Below the pieces are notes generated by a model. That model did no database searches and had not been told where the DNA came from. It saw only the letters and a program-made list of their open reading frames with translations. 64,000 nucleotides of DNA from an uncultured Clostridia bacterium (GTDB lineage Bacteria > Bacillota > Clostridia > Christensenellales > UBA1242). Below, piece after piece: positions 54,977-64,000 of this stretch (position 1 is its first letter; every line of letters starts with the position of its first letter). Made by a program: the position numbers and the translations under genes. The DNA lies in NCBI GenBank assembly GCA_934746645.1, contig CAKVFE010000002.1:26044-90043 (forward strand). The letters run 5' to 3'.

Positions 54977-56449
54977 ATGGAACAAAACAATACTGAAAAT
55001 TTATACAAAGAAGTTGATATTAGAGAAAAGAAAATTAAAGATTTAAAGGCTATGGGTATCAATCCTTATGCTGCAAAATTTGATGAAACTCACAATATCA
55101 CCGAAACTAGACAACTTAATGACGGAGATCGTACAGCAGTTGCTGGTAGAATGATATTTAGACGCACATTTGGTAAATTTATGTTTGTTCAAATTTCTGA
55201 TGTTTATAACAAACTTCAAGTTAGTTTGAGTGTTAATCAGATAGATTTGGACACATACAAATGGTTTAATGACTATGTTGACATTGGCGATTTTGTAGGA
55301 TTTACTGGTGTTATATATCACACAAAAACAGGTGAACTTACTGTTCAAGCAGATAGCTATACATTGCTAAGTAAGGCTATGAAACCTCTTCCAGAAAAAT
55401 TCCACGGTTTAACTGATATCGAAACTCGTTATAGACAACGCTATCTAGATTTAGTTACCAACGAACAATCAAGAAAAGTATTCTTAGGAAGAAGTAAAGT
55501 AGAATCTATTATTAGAAGATACCTAGAAGATATTGGCTTTATCGAAATCGAAACTCCAGTACTTCAAACAGCTGTTTCTGGTGCTTCTGCTAGGCCTTTC
55601 TTTACACATCACAATGCTTTGGACTTAGATTGTAACCTTAGAATTGCTAAAGAAACTTGGTTAAAACAAGCTATTGCTGGTGGTATACCTAGAGTATTTG
55701 AACTTGGAAAAGACTTCCGTAACGAAGGTATGGACGCTACCCATTTGCAAGAATTTACTCAAGTAGAATGGTATGCAAGTTATTGGGATTTTGAAAAGAA
55801 TATACAAGTATTTAGAGATCTTATCCAAAAATTGTTAATGGAAACTTTAGGTACAACTGTTGTTAATTATCAAGGACACGAAATTGATTTTGGTAAAGAA
55901 TGGGATCGTATTGATTATGTTGCCGAAATGACAAAAATTTTGGGATTTGATTTCTTAGACATTGAAGACCTTAACGAATTTAAGAAGAAAGTTGTAGAAA
56001 AAGGTTTGTTTAGTTATGGCGACTTAGAAGAATGTAAGTCAGTAAGAACATTGATTGACTATATCTACAAGAGAAAGATTAGGGAAGGTATGGTTGGACC
56101 TACAATCCTTTACAACTATCCAGCAGTATTAAAGACTTTAGCTAGAAGAAGTGATAAAGATAGTAGAGTTACAGAAGTATTCCAAGTTGTAGTATGTGGC
56201 GCAGAAATTTGTAACGCATATTCAGAACTTGTAGACCCTATGATTCAAAGAGAAACATTAATGCAACAATTAGTTGAAAAAGCTAATGGTGATGAAGAAA
56301 CTATGGACCTTGATGAAGACTTCTTGTCTGCTATGGAGCACGGTATGCCTCCTATGAGTGGTCTAGGTTTTGGTATTGATAGATTTATTATGCTTATCTA
56401 TGATTTGCCTAATATTAGAGATACCGTTCTATTCCCAATTATGAGATAA
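54977..56449 (+). CDS. lysS: Lysine--tRNA ligase (class II)
   Basis: Start moved to the ATG at 54977 (SD GGAGAAAAAT). It has an OB-fold N-domain, class II motifs (FRNEG, GLGFGIDRFIMLI) and the typical C-terminus FP(I)MR. Confidence 0.93.
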   Translation: MEQNNTENLYKEVDIREKKIKDLKAMGINPYAAKFDETHNITETRQLNDGDRTAVAGRMIFRRTFGKFMFVQISDVYNKLQVSLSVNQIDLDTYKWFNDYVDIGDFVGFTGVIYHTKTGELTVQADSYTLLSKAMKPLPEKFHGLTDIETRYRQRYLDLVTNEQSRKVFLGRSKVESIIRRYLEDIGFIEIETPVLQTAVSGASARPFFTHHNALDLDCNLRIAKETWLKQAIAGGIPRVFELGKDFRNEGMDATHLQEFTQVEWYASYWDFEKNIQVFRDLIQKLLMETLGTTVVNYQGHEIDFGKEWDRIDYVAEMTKILGFDFLDIEDLNEFKKKVVEKGLFSYGDLEECKSVRTLIDYIYKRKIREGMVGPTILYNYPAVLKTLARRSDKDSRVTEVFQVVVCGAEICNAYSELVDPMIQRETLMQQLVEKANGDEETMDLDEDFLSAMEHGMPPMSGLGFGIDRFIMLIYDLPNIRDTVLFPIMR

Positions 56450-56485
56450 TATATTAGTATAATATTTTAGTATAAGGGGTAATGT

Positions 56486-57310
56486 ATGAGTGTAATATTT
56501 GCAAGTTCTACTTGCGATTTGGATTTAAAGACTCTTAAAAAAGTAGATGTTGATGTTATCAATTTGCCTACTATTCTCAATGGTAAAAAATGCCTATATA
56601 ATGCCGACAAATTTAATTTTGACGAGTACTATGCAAACGGCACATTTTCCGTTGACTTTGATAGTTATAAACAACTTATCCATAAAAAATATTTAGAAGC
56701 TTTAAGTAGTGGTCAAGATATATTGTTTTTGACCCCTAATGCAAAATATGATGTTTCTTATGCTATAGTTAATCAAGAAATAAAACAGTATATTGGTAAA
56801 TATCCTGACCAAAAAATTGAGATGGTAGATTGTCAAAATTGTGGTTTAGGTTATGGACTTATTGTATATGAAGCAGGCATTGCTAATATGCACGGAAGTT
56901 CCATTACTGAAGTTATGAGTTTTGTCAATACTATCAAACGAAATATTAAAACATATATTATTCCTTCAACCAATGAAAACATTAAAGAACAACTTACACT
57001 TGTAGGAAGTTCTATAGGTGTTAGACCTGTACTAGAACTTGTGGGTGGCGAACTTAAAGTTGTAGACAATGTTAAAGGTAAGAAGAAAGTTGTTGATTAT
57101 TTGTATGAAAAAGCAAAGTCAAATTCTGCTGAAGTCCCACTAGGTATTATGTGTGGCAAAAATACAGATGAAGCGACAACTATTGCAGACCTTATTAATA
57201 AGGTTGAAGATGAGCGTATTATTTTTAAATCTAATCTTAATCCAATGTTGCTAAAAAAGTTTGGCGATAAGACATTGGCTGTAAGTTATTATAAAAAATC
57301 GAAAAGTTAA
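56486..57310 (+). CDS. DegV-family (fatty-acid binding) protein
   Basis: 274 aa. The N-terminus IFASSTCDLDLKTLKKVDVDVINLPTILNGKKCLYNAD follows the DegV layout (DS.adl....i.v.Pl.v..dg..y.D). Confidence 0.55.
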   Translation: MSVIFASSTCDLDLKTLKKVDVDVINLPTILNGKKCLYNADKFNFDEYYANGTFSVDFDSYKQLIHKKYLEALSSGQDILFLTPNAKYDVSYAIVNQEIKQYIGKYPDQKIEMVDCQNCGLGYGLIVYEAGIANMHGSSITEVMSFVNTIKRNIKTYIIPSTNENIKEQLTLVGSSIGVRPVLELVGGELKVVDNVKGKKKVVDYLYEKAKSNSAEVPLGIMCGKNTDEATTIADLINKVEDERIIFKSNLNPMLLKKFGDKTLAVSYYKKSKS

Positions 57311-57336
57311 TTTTCGATTTTTTTAAAAGGTGAGTT

Positions 57337-58146
57337 ATGAAACAATACAATGTAAAAATTTATGATGATATGGTATCACCACACAATATAAAAGTTGATT
57401 GTGACAATGTCTATGATATTGACAATGTTATTGGTTTGCCAACATTTAAATATCTCAATTTAAGTAGACTTAATAGTTATAATGTGTTTGATTTAAACAG
57501 TATTTCTTATGACAATCTTTTAAGTCAGTATAAAAACTTTGATAATGATAAAGTTACATTTTTGTATATTGATGATGTTTTAAAATATGAACAAGAATAT
57601 CAAACAATAGTAAGATTTTGTATTGATTATCGTATAGCTGTTATTGTCAATGCTGGTAGTACTTTAGAAGAGATGGGCAGATGCGACAAAATGTATGGAC
57701 TTACTCCTATTGGTGTTTTGGAAGAATTTGGCGTATTGGATTTAGAACCTATTATTCTTAGTGGTGCCAATCTTGATAAAGAAGATTATGAAAAAATGTC
57801 ATACTATAATGCAACATTATGTTTGGATATTACCAATGATATGTTAAAGGGCAATGGAATTGCTCAAATAGTTACTGCAAAAAAATATAATATTAATATG
57901 ATATTTAATTGCAAAGATATTTATAAAGAAATGTTTTTGGCATATACATTGCCAAGAGGAATACTTAATACCACTACAGCTATTAGTCCAGAAGATGTAT
58001 TGGAGATTGCTTGTATCAATATGGGTAAGGTCTTTAAGAAATACAAAAATAATACTTACAACATATTTAATACTGGTAGTTTGCTTGATGTAGTTATTAA
58101 TGGCAATAATTTAAAAATTATTGATACAATATTCTTTTCCAAATAA
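57337..58146 (+). CDS. Amidohydrolase-superfamily-like protein with degenerate catalytic residues
   Basis: 269 aa. STLEEMGRCDKMYGLTPIGVLEEFGVLDLEPIILSGANL...IACINMGKVF aligns by eye to the C-terminal two thirds of MtaD/chlorohydrolase-type enzymes. The His and Asp ligand positions are substituted and the N-terminal HxH region is missing. Confidence 0.35.
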   Translation: MKQYNVKIYDDMVSPHNIKVDCDNVYDIDNVIGLPTFKYLNLSRLNSYNVFDLNSISYDNLLSQYKNFDNDKVTFLYIDDVLKYEQEYQTIVRFCIDYRIAVIVNAGSTLEEMGRCDKMYGLTPIGVLEEFGVLDLEPIILSGANLDKEDYEKMSYYNATLCLDITNDMLKGNGIAQIVTAKKYNINMIFNCKDIYKEMFLAYTLPRGILNTTTAISPEDVLEIACINMGKVFKKYKNNTYNIFNTGSLLDVVINGNNLKIIDTIFFSK

Positions 58147-58210
58147 TTTTGGTATTGAAAATTTAAAATAGATATGTTATACTTAATTGTAATTAAAGGA
58201 GACATCTAAT

Positions 58211-58279
58211 ATGACTGCTACATTATTTATTATTGGAATATTCGTATTGTTTACCTTTTTTAAAGGATTCAATGCTTAA
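58211..58279 (+). CDS. 22-aa hydrophobic micro-protein (not in the ORF track)
   Basis: MTATLFIIGIFVLFTFFKGFNA. Strong SD AAAGGAGA 9 nt upstream; an intrinsic terminator lies 15 nt downstream. Confidence 0.45.
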   Translation: MTATLFIIGIFVLFTFFKGFNA

Positions 58280-58293
58280 TAATATATTTTTTT

Positions 58294-58319
58294 AGACAGC
58301 GTTTTTGCTGTCTTTTTTT
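58294..58319 (+). terminator. Rho-independent terminator
   Basis: AGACAGC/GCTGTCT stem plus a T-run. Confidence 0.65.
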
Positions 58320-58575
58320 ATGCTTAAATTTATGACATAATTTAGTGCTAACTTTTCTTTAATTAAACTTGTTTAAAAGATTATCAAATGATTATAAAAA
58401 GTGTATAATTAAGTATCAAATTTTAATTAAATTTATTGTTTTTGTTTTGTCTACTTACACATATTATGAGATAATGAAATATAAATTATTGTTTGATATT
58501 TTTTTACATAAAATTGATAAGTAAGATATTAATATTGATTTAAATTTTAGTAATATAAAAGGAGATATTTTCACT

Positions 58576-59037
58576 ATGTTATGCGATAAATGTAAGATTA
58601 ATCCAGCTACTTTCCATAGTAGTGTTAATATTAATGGCAATGTTATTACTAAAAATTTGTGTCAAGATTGTGCAAGTATAGAAGACGAAACCGATTTTGA
58701 TATGCTTATTAATGATAATGACAATGATATGGACGATGGCGAACTTAGTTGTCCCAACTGTGGATATACTTTAACCGATTTTAAGTCTACAGGTTTACTT
58801 GGTTGTAGCCAATGTTATGATGTATTTAGAGATATTATTGTAGCCAATTTGGAAAAAACACAACCTAACACTACTCATATTGGCAAAACTTTAGATGAAG
58901 ACAATTTGAGTGATTTAGAACTAAAAATTAAAAAGTTAGAAATTCAACTTAAACAAGCAGTCAATGAAGAGGATTATGAACTTGCAAGCAGATTAAAACA
59001 ACAAATTATTGCTTTAAAGGAGAATGCCGATGAGTAA
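58576..59037 (+). CDS. mcsA: McsA (activator of protein arginine kinase; zinc fingers plus UVR motif)
   Basis: 153 aa. CDKC...CQDC and CPNC...CSQC pairs; UVR-like EEDYELASRLKQQIIALK. Overlaps mcsB by 14 nt. Confidence 0.8.
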   Translation: MLCDKCKINPATFHSSVNINGNVITKNLCQDCASIEDETDFDMLINDNDNDMDDGELSCPNCGYTLTDFKSTGLLGCSQCYDVFRDIIVANLEKTQPNTTHIGKTLDEDNLSDLELKIKKLEIQLKQAVNEEDYELASRLKQQIIALKENADE

Positions 59038-60028
59038 TGATATTATTGTAAGTTCTAGGATACGACTAGCTAGAAATTTAGCCAACAAACCTTTTAGCAA
59101 TAACACAAGTTTGGAGATTGGCGACAATGTTCTTAATTGTGTATTTAATGCATTGTCTGATATTTCTAATTTCAATTTTTATAGATGTAAAAACTTAAAA
59201 AACAACATTATGGAAGATATGCTAGAAGACCATATTATTTCTAGCGAACTTATCAACAATTCTGATATTGCAGGAGTAGCGATTAGTGAAGACAATAGTG
59301 TATCAATTATGGTTAATGAAGAAGACCATATTAGAGAACAATGTTTTTTAGAAGGTCTTAACTTAAAGCGTGCTTACGACATAATAAGCGATATTGATAC
59401 TGAGCTTATTGAGAGTTTGGATATAGCTTATGATGATAAATTGGGATTTTTGACAGCTTGTCCATCTAATGTCGGTACTGGACTTAGAGCGTCAGTAATG
59501 ATGTTTTTACCGGGTATTGTACTTACCAACAATGTCCAAGAATTGATTGACGCAGTTAGTAGGTATGGTATTTGTGTTCGTGGTTGCTATGGCGAAGGAA
59601 GCAATGCCAATGGATATCTTTTCCAAATATCCAATCAATTTTCTTTAGGAAAAACTGAAGAAGAGATTGTGCAGTTGGTAGAAAGTACAGCTTTAAAAAT
59701 CGTGGACTTAGAAGAAAATGCAAGACAAATGCTTTTAAATACAAAAAAAGAAGAATTGACAGACGGAATACTTAGAGATTTTGGCGTTTTATCCAACTGT
59801 TATAAAATATCAACCAATGAAGCAGTAGAAAAACTTAGCAAAGTCAAAATGGGCTGTGCTATGGGACTTATAACACTTGATGATACAAAAATAATAGATG
59901 AGTTAATCAACAATATGAGTCCAGTCAAAATTAATAAATTGAGTAATATGGAACTTTCATACAATGAAAGAGATATTTATAGAGCAAATTATTTGGGGAA
60001 AATGCTAAAGGATAGTAGAATAATATAG
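59024..60028 (+). CDS. mcsB: Protein arginine kinase McsB
   Basis: 334 aa. SSRIRLARNL and ACPSNVGTGLRASVMMFLPG (the guanido kinase active-site block). Confidence 0.88.
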   Translation: MPMSNDIIVSSRIRLARNLANKPFSNNTSLEIGDNVLNCVFNALSDISNFNFYRCKNLKNNIMEDMLEDHIISSELINNSDIAGVAISEDNSVSIMVNEEDHIREQCFLEGLNLKRAYDIISDIDTELIESLDIAYDDKLGFLTACPSNVGTGLRASVMMFLPGIVLTNNVQELIDAVSRYGICVRGCYGEGSNANGYLFQISNQFSLGKTEEEIVQLVESTALKIVDLEENARQMLLNTKKEELTDGILRDFGVLSNCYKISTNEAVEKLSKVKMGCAMGLITLDDTKIIDELINNMSPVKINKLSNMELSYNERDIYRANYLGKMLKDSRII

Positions 60029-60039
60029 GGAGATAAATA

Positions 60040-62550
60040 ATGGCCACAGGAATACGACTTACTGAAAGTGTTAATAGAGCAATTCAAAATGCTGGTAGAA
60101 TAGCATTATTGTATGGCAATTATCAGATAGGTACTGAGCACCTTTTGTATGGACTTAGTTCGGTTAGAGATAGTGTCGCTTGCAAAATACTTTCTAGTTA
60201 TGGAGTTAATTATAACAAAATAGAAGAAATATTTTCTAAAAATTCTTCTAAGAAAAACAATGTTATTTTACAAAGTTCAATAGATTTTACACCAAGGTCA
60301 AAAGAAGCATTTGTGCTTGCCAATCAGTTTGCTATGCAGATTGGACACAATTTTGTTGGTACTGAGCATTTGCTAGTATCACTTCTTTTGCAAGAAGAAA
60401 GTTATGCTGTAACAATGCTAAAGAAAAACTTTAAGGTCAATATCAACAATTTGAAAAATAGTATTTTACAAGTTTTAAAAGCAGAAACTTCTACAACTTA
60501 TGACTCAGCTATGCAGACCAATTTTGATTTTGGTACAACTCAAAGAGAAAGTGTTAATGCTGGTTATAATACTAGTTACAACAATAATGCTAGTAGTCTA
60601 CCACAACAATTATTGGATATGGGACAGGATTTGACAGCCAGAGCAAGAGAAAATAAGATTGACCCTATCATTGGTAGAGATGAAGAAACCGAGCGTATAA
60701 TTGAGATATTGTGTAGAAAGACCAAAAACAATCCTTGCTTAATAGGTGAAGCAGGCGTTGGTAAAAGTGCAGTTGTGTATGGTCTTGCATTGCGTATAGC
60801 AAGTGGCAATGTGCCAGATATACTAAAAAATAAGACATTGTTTAGTCTAGAACTTGGTGGTCTTATGGCTGGTACAAAATATCGTGGAGAACTAGAACAA
60901 AGATTAAAGACTCTTATTGATATAATAACCAACAATAAAGATATAATTGTATTTATAGATGAAATACATACACTTATGCAAGTTGGAAGCGAAAAGGGTG
61001 AAATTAATCCAGCAGATATGTTAAAACCATATCTTGCTAGAGGCGAATTTCAAACTATAGGTGCAACAACAACTGACGAATATAGAAAATATATTGAAAA
61101 GGATAAAGCACTAGAACGCAGATTCCAACCAGTTATTGTTAATCCACCATCTGTAGAAGATACTATTAAGATATTGAAAGGTCTTAAAAATAGTTATGAA
61201 AAATTCCATAATGTAACTATTAGTGATGAAGCTATAGTAGCAGCTGCAAAACTAAGTGATAGGTATATCTTAGACAGGAGTTTACCAGATAAAGCTATAG
61301 ACTTAATAGATGAAGCTAGTAGTAAGGCAAAGGTTCAAACCAATAAAAGACCAGATAGTCTAGTTAGGATTGATGACGAAATAGAGTCATACGAAAATGA
61401 AAAGAAAGAAGCATTGATTAGTGATGACTTTGAAAAAGCTGCTTATGTTAGAGATAAGATAAGAGAAGCTACAGATAGAAAGAGAAGACTAGAACAAGAA
61501 TATGCCAACAATAATTCAAGAGCAGTTATTGGCGAAAGTGAAATATGTGAAGTTATTAGTAAGTGGACTGGTGTTCCTATAACTAAAGTTACTGAAAGTG
61601 AAAAACAAAGACTATTAAACTTAGAAGAAATACTTCATAAAAGAGTTGTAGGACAAGACGAAGCGATTACTGCTGTAAGTAAAGCTATCCGTAGAGCCAG
61701 AATAGGACTAAAAGAAAACAATAGACCTATAGGTAGTTTTATGTTCTTAGGTCAAACTGGTGTTGGTAAAACCGAATTGTGTAAAGCACTAGCAGAAGCT
61801 ATGTTTGACAATGAAAACAATTTTATCAGATTAGATATGAGCGAATATATGGAAAAGCATAGTGTAAGCAAACTTATAGGTTCGCCACCGGGATATGTTG
61901 GATTTGATGATGGCGGACAACTTACAGAAGCTGTAAGAAGAAAACCATATTCGGTAGTATTGTTTGATGAAATAGAAAAAGCACACCCAGATGTGTTTAA
62001 TATGTTGTTGCAAATATTAGATGACGGTAGACTTACAGATAGTCAAGGAAGGACAGTAAGTTTTAAAAATACAATTATTATTCTAACTTCCAATGTAGGT
62101 GTTGACCAGTTGCCAAAACGAAGTGGTCAATATGATGGCAATCAATTTGACCAACTTGACTATGACACAATTAGAGATACATTGATTGGTGCATTTAAAC
62201 GCAAATTTAAACCTGAATTTGTCAATCGTATAGATGTAGTGACTGTATTCCATCCATTATCATTTGAACAGATAGCTACTATAGCTAAGATGTTTATTGG
62301 CAATCTAAATAAAAGATTAAAAAATCAAGGTGCAAGTTTAAAAGTAACTGAAAGTGCATTAAAATATTTGATATATAAAGGTTACAACCCAGAATATGGT
62401 GCTAGACCTTTAAGACGACTAATTGAGCAAGAAATTGAAGATAAAATAGCAGAATATATTTTGTCCAATACATTACAACCTGGCTCAGTAATATTGATAA
62501 GCGAACGAAACAATAATCTTGTTATTAATTTTGAATATAATAGACAATAA
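60040..62550 (+). CDS. clpC: ATP-dependent Clp protease ATP-binding subunit ClpC
   Basis: 836 aa. Double Clp-N repeat, two AAA+ modules (GEAGVGKSA, GQTGVGKTE), and a middle UVR-like motif (DDFEKAAYVRDKIRE). Confidence 0.95.
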   Translation: MATGIRLTESVNRAIQNAGRIALLYGNYQIGTEHLLYGLSSVRDSVACKILSSYGVNYNKIEEIFSKNSSKKNNVILQSSIDFTPRSKEAFVLANQFAMQIGHNFVGTEHLLVSLLLQEESYAVTMLKKNFKVNINNLKNSILQVLKAETSTTYDSAMQTNFDFGTTQRESVNAGYNTSYNNNASSLPQQLLDMGQDLTARARENKIDPIIGRDEETERIIEILCRKTKNNPCLIGEAGVGKSAVVYGLALRIASGNVPDILKNKTLFSLELGGLMAGTKYRGELEQRLKTLIDIITNNKDIIVFIDEIHTLMQVGSEKGEINPADMLKPYLARGEFQTIGATTTDEYRKYIEKDKALERRFQPVIVNPPSVEDTIKILKGLKNSYEKFHNVTISDEAIVAAAKLSDRYILDRSLPDKAIDLIDEASSKAKVQTNKRPDSLVRIDDEIESYENEKKEALISDDFEKAAYVRDKIREATDRKRRLEQEYANNNSRAVIGESEICEVISKWTGVPITKVTESEKQRLLNLEEILHKRVVGQDEAITAVSKAIRRARIGLKENNRPIGSFMFLGQTGVGKTELCKALAEAMFDNENNFIRLDMSEYMEKHSVSKLIGSPPGYVGFDDGGQLTEAVRRKPYSVVLFDEIEKAHPDVFNMLLQILDDGRLTDSQGRTVSFKNTIIILTSNVGVDQLPKRSGQYDGNQFDQLDYDTIRDTLIGAFKRKFKPEFVNRIDVVTVFHPLSFEQIATIAKMFIGNLNKRLKNQGASLKVTESALKYLIYKGYNPEYGARPLRRLIEQEIEDKIAEYILSNTLQPGSVILISERNNNLVINFEYNRQ

Positions 62551-62584
62551 AATACCAAAATAAATAAAAGATAATTGCATTTGT

Positions 62585-62613
62585 TTGATTAAAAATATTA
62601 AATTTGATAAAAT
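62585..62613 (+). promoter_or_regulatory. sigmaA-type promoter with extended -10 upstream of hpf
   Basis: TTGATT, a 17-nt spacer, then TGaTAAAAT. SD AGGGAGGA follows. Confidence 0.5.
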
Positions 62614-62643
62614 CTAAGTAGGAAAACTAGGGAGGACGACATT

Positions 62644-63177
62644 ATGAAAATATCCTATACATCAAAAAATTATAATATATCTGACAAATTTAAAGATATA
62701 CTAGAAAAGAAATTGGCTAAATTGGAAAGATACTTTGACGAAGATGTTTCTGTAAAAGTTAATTGTATCGAACAAGCTAAACAAGATAAGTTAGAAGTAA
62801 CTATCAATGCTCGTGGTATGTTCTTTAGAAGTGAAGTTTTAAGTGATAATATGTACAACAATATTGATTTGGCTTTACCAAAAATTGAAAAACAAATTAT
62901 CAAACAAGGTAGTAAGTTTAAATCAAAATTGAAGAAAGATGCTTTTGCTAATGCTGAAGCTATGATGGAAGAACTTGTTAAAGAAGAACCAACTCTTCCA
63001 AAACTTGTAAAAGTTAAAAAGTTTGATTTGGATCCATTAACAGTAGAAGATGCTGCTGCTTATATGGAAGCACTAGATCACAATTTCTATGTATTCTTAA
63101 ATGCAGAAACTGGAAAAGTATGCGTTGTTTACAAGCGTAACGATAAAGACTATGGTCTAATCGAAGTTAATTATTAA
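62644..63177 (+). CDS. hpf: Ribosome hibernation promoting factor (long HPF)
   Basis: 177 aa. An N-terminal S30AE domain (NISDKFKDILEKKLAKLERYF) and a C-terminal dimerization domain (KVKKFDLDPLTVEDAAAYMEALDHNFYVFLN). Confidence 0.9.
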   Translation: MKISYTSKNYNISDKFKDILEKKLAKLERYFDEDVSVKVNCIEQAKQDKLEVTINARGMFFRSEVLSDNMYNNIDLALPKIEKQIIKQGSKFKSKLKKDAFANAEAMMEELVKEEPTLPKLVKVKKFDLDPLTVEDAAAYMEALDHNFYVFLNAETGKVCVVYKRNDKDYGLIEVNY

Positions 63178-63204
63178 GATTAATTTAATAGATTGTATAT
63201 TAAA

Positions 63205-63234
63205 AGACTCTATAATTTTATAGAGCCTTTTTTA
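63205..63234 (+). terminator. Rho-independent terminator
   Basis: AGACTCTATA/TATAGAGCCT stem (one mismatch) plus a T-run. Confidence 0.55.
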
Positions 63235-63469
63235 TATTTTTATCTATAGTAGTATGGGGAATAGTGAAAAGTTGTTGATATTAAGGTTTTTAATATTACA
63301 AAGCTTACAAAAATTGGTATTAAAAAACAATTCTATTTTTATATATTAAATTAATAAAATAATTGAATTTATAGTTTGAAGATGTTATAATCTTAATAAG
63401 TCGTATAAGTATATCAAAAAGTATTTTTAATGACTATATTTATTGTATGCTTTTATAAGGAGTAAAAAA

Positions 63470-64000
63470 GTGCTTAACGCTAGCAATGTATATCTAAAAT
63501 ACACAAAAGAATATAATACTCTTAACAACATTAACTTAAAGATTGAAGATGGCGAAAATGTTGTTCTTTTTGGCGAAAAAGAAAGTGGTAAGAGTAGTCT
63601 TATAAGAGCTATTGCTGGACTAGAAAAAATTACTAGTGGCGAAATACAAATTAAAAATATTGATATTTCAAAAATAAACTTTAAGACAGATATCAGTCTT
63701 GGATATTTAAGTGCACTTGGTGCATTTTTAGAGCGTAAGACTGTAAAACAAAATCTTGAATATGTTTTAAAAATTAGAAAGTACGATAAAGATGTAATCA
63801 ATAGTAAAGTTAATGGAGTTATACTTACTTATGGATTAGAAGGTCTTAAAGATAGAAAACTTAAAGATTTAAGTCCATTTGATAGGATTAAAGTTGCTAT
63901 TGCAAGATTGTCTTTAAGAAAGATTGACTTTTTGATTTGTGATGATATATTTAAAAATTTTGCAGATGTTGACTCATTAAAACTTGCTACATTAATCAAT
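63470..64000 (+). CDS. ABC transporter ATP-binding protein, 3'-truncated by the window edge (not in the ORF track)
   Basis: GTG start 7 nt after AAGGAG. VLNASNVYLKYTKEYNTLNNINLKIEDGENVVLFGEKESGKSSLIRAIAGLEKITSGEI... carries Walker A GxxxxGKS. The frame is open to nt 64000. The track's minus-strand ORF at 63427-63801 is its antisense shadow. Confidence 0.75.
   Translation, partial: MLNASNVYLKYTKEYNTLNNINLKIEDGENVVLFGEKESGKSSLIRAIAGLEKITSGEIQIKNIDISKINFKTDISLGYLSALGAFLERKTVKQNLEYVLKIRKYDKDVINSKVNGVILTYGLEGLKDRKLKDLSPFDRIKVAIARLSLRKIDFLICDDIFKNFADVDSLKLATLIN

Noticed and set aside
58320-58575. CtsR operator upstream of mcsA
   Set aside because: No tandem (A/G)GTCAAA heptads are present. TATCAAA strings occur, but not in the required direct-repeat spacing.
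63427-63801. Track ORF of 124 aa on the minus strand
   Set aside because: It is the antisense shadow of a plus-strand ABC ATPase, which has a GTG start at 63470 with an SD, a Walker A motif, and an open frame to the window end.
1-64000. Alternative genetic code (TGA=Trp), considered because of extreme AT-richness
   Set aside because: Conserved Trp positions use TGG. ORF lengths match expected homolog sizes under code 11. TGA works as a stop, for example at spoIVFA (25554-25556) in a typical overlapping junction.

Overview
A 64-kb chromosomal window from a very AT-rich, Gram-positive, endospore-forming Firmicute-type genome. The standard genetic code fits. Housekeeping blocks are clear: uvrB-uvrA; mreB-minD-minE-spoIVFA-spoIVFB; comEC-holA-rpsT-gpr (Bacillus-like synteny); tRNA-Leu(CAA); polA; an SLT lytic transglycosylase; lysS; mcsA-mcsB-clpC; hpf; and a 5' partial ABC ATPase at the right edge. 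Between them lie accessory genes: two giant membrane-anchored surface proteins, a DUF421/DUF4363 pair, a SpoVB-like flippase, a split TSUP transporter, an acetylesterase lipoprotein, a ferredoxin and Ppx/GppA. A roughly 14-kb accessory stretch (36.7-50.7 kb) ends at tRNA-Leu. Four things stand out. (1) Five tandem, divergent paralogs (37.3-41.0 kb, minus strand) carry a GNAT-type acetyl-CoA-binding motif; I do not recognise them as a named family, and this is my best candidate for an undescribed system. (2) A family of ~150-nt multi-hairpin repeats occurs in two subtypes. Many base-pair changes between subtypes are compensated on both helix arms. The repeats form an A-B-A array between a near-consensus promoter and uvrB, an A-B array inserted inside the paralog array, and two degenerate or truncated copies elsewhere. 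(3) tRNA-Leu(CAA) is followed by a 208-nt-period direct duplication of its 3' half plus terminator, around a GC-rich 119-nt spacer; this looks like an att site or integration scar. (4) A cluster of surface-type proteins has no signal peptides: a DUF11 protein, a beta-helix protein with a WxL-like C-terminus, and a membrane metzincin. One of them has a sigmaK-like promoter, so they may be spore-surface components. All product calls rest on by-eye motif recognition; no database searches were run.
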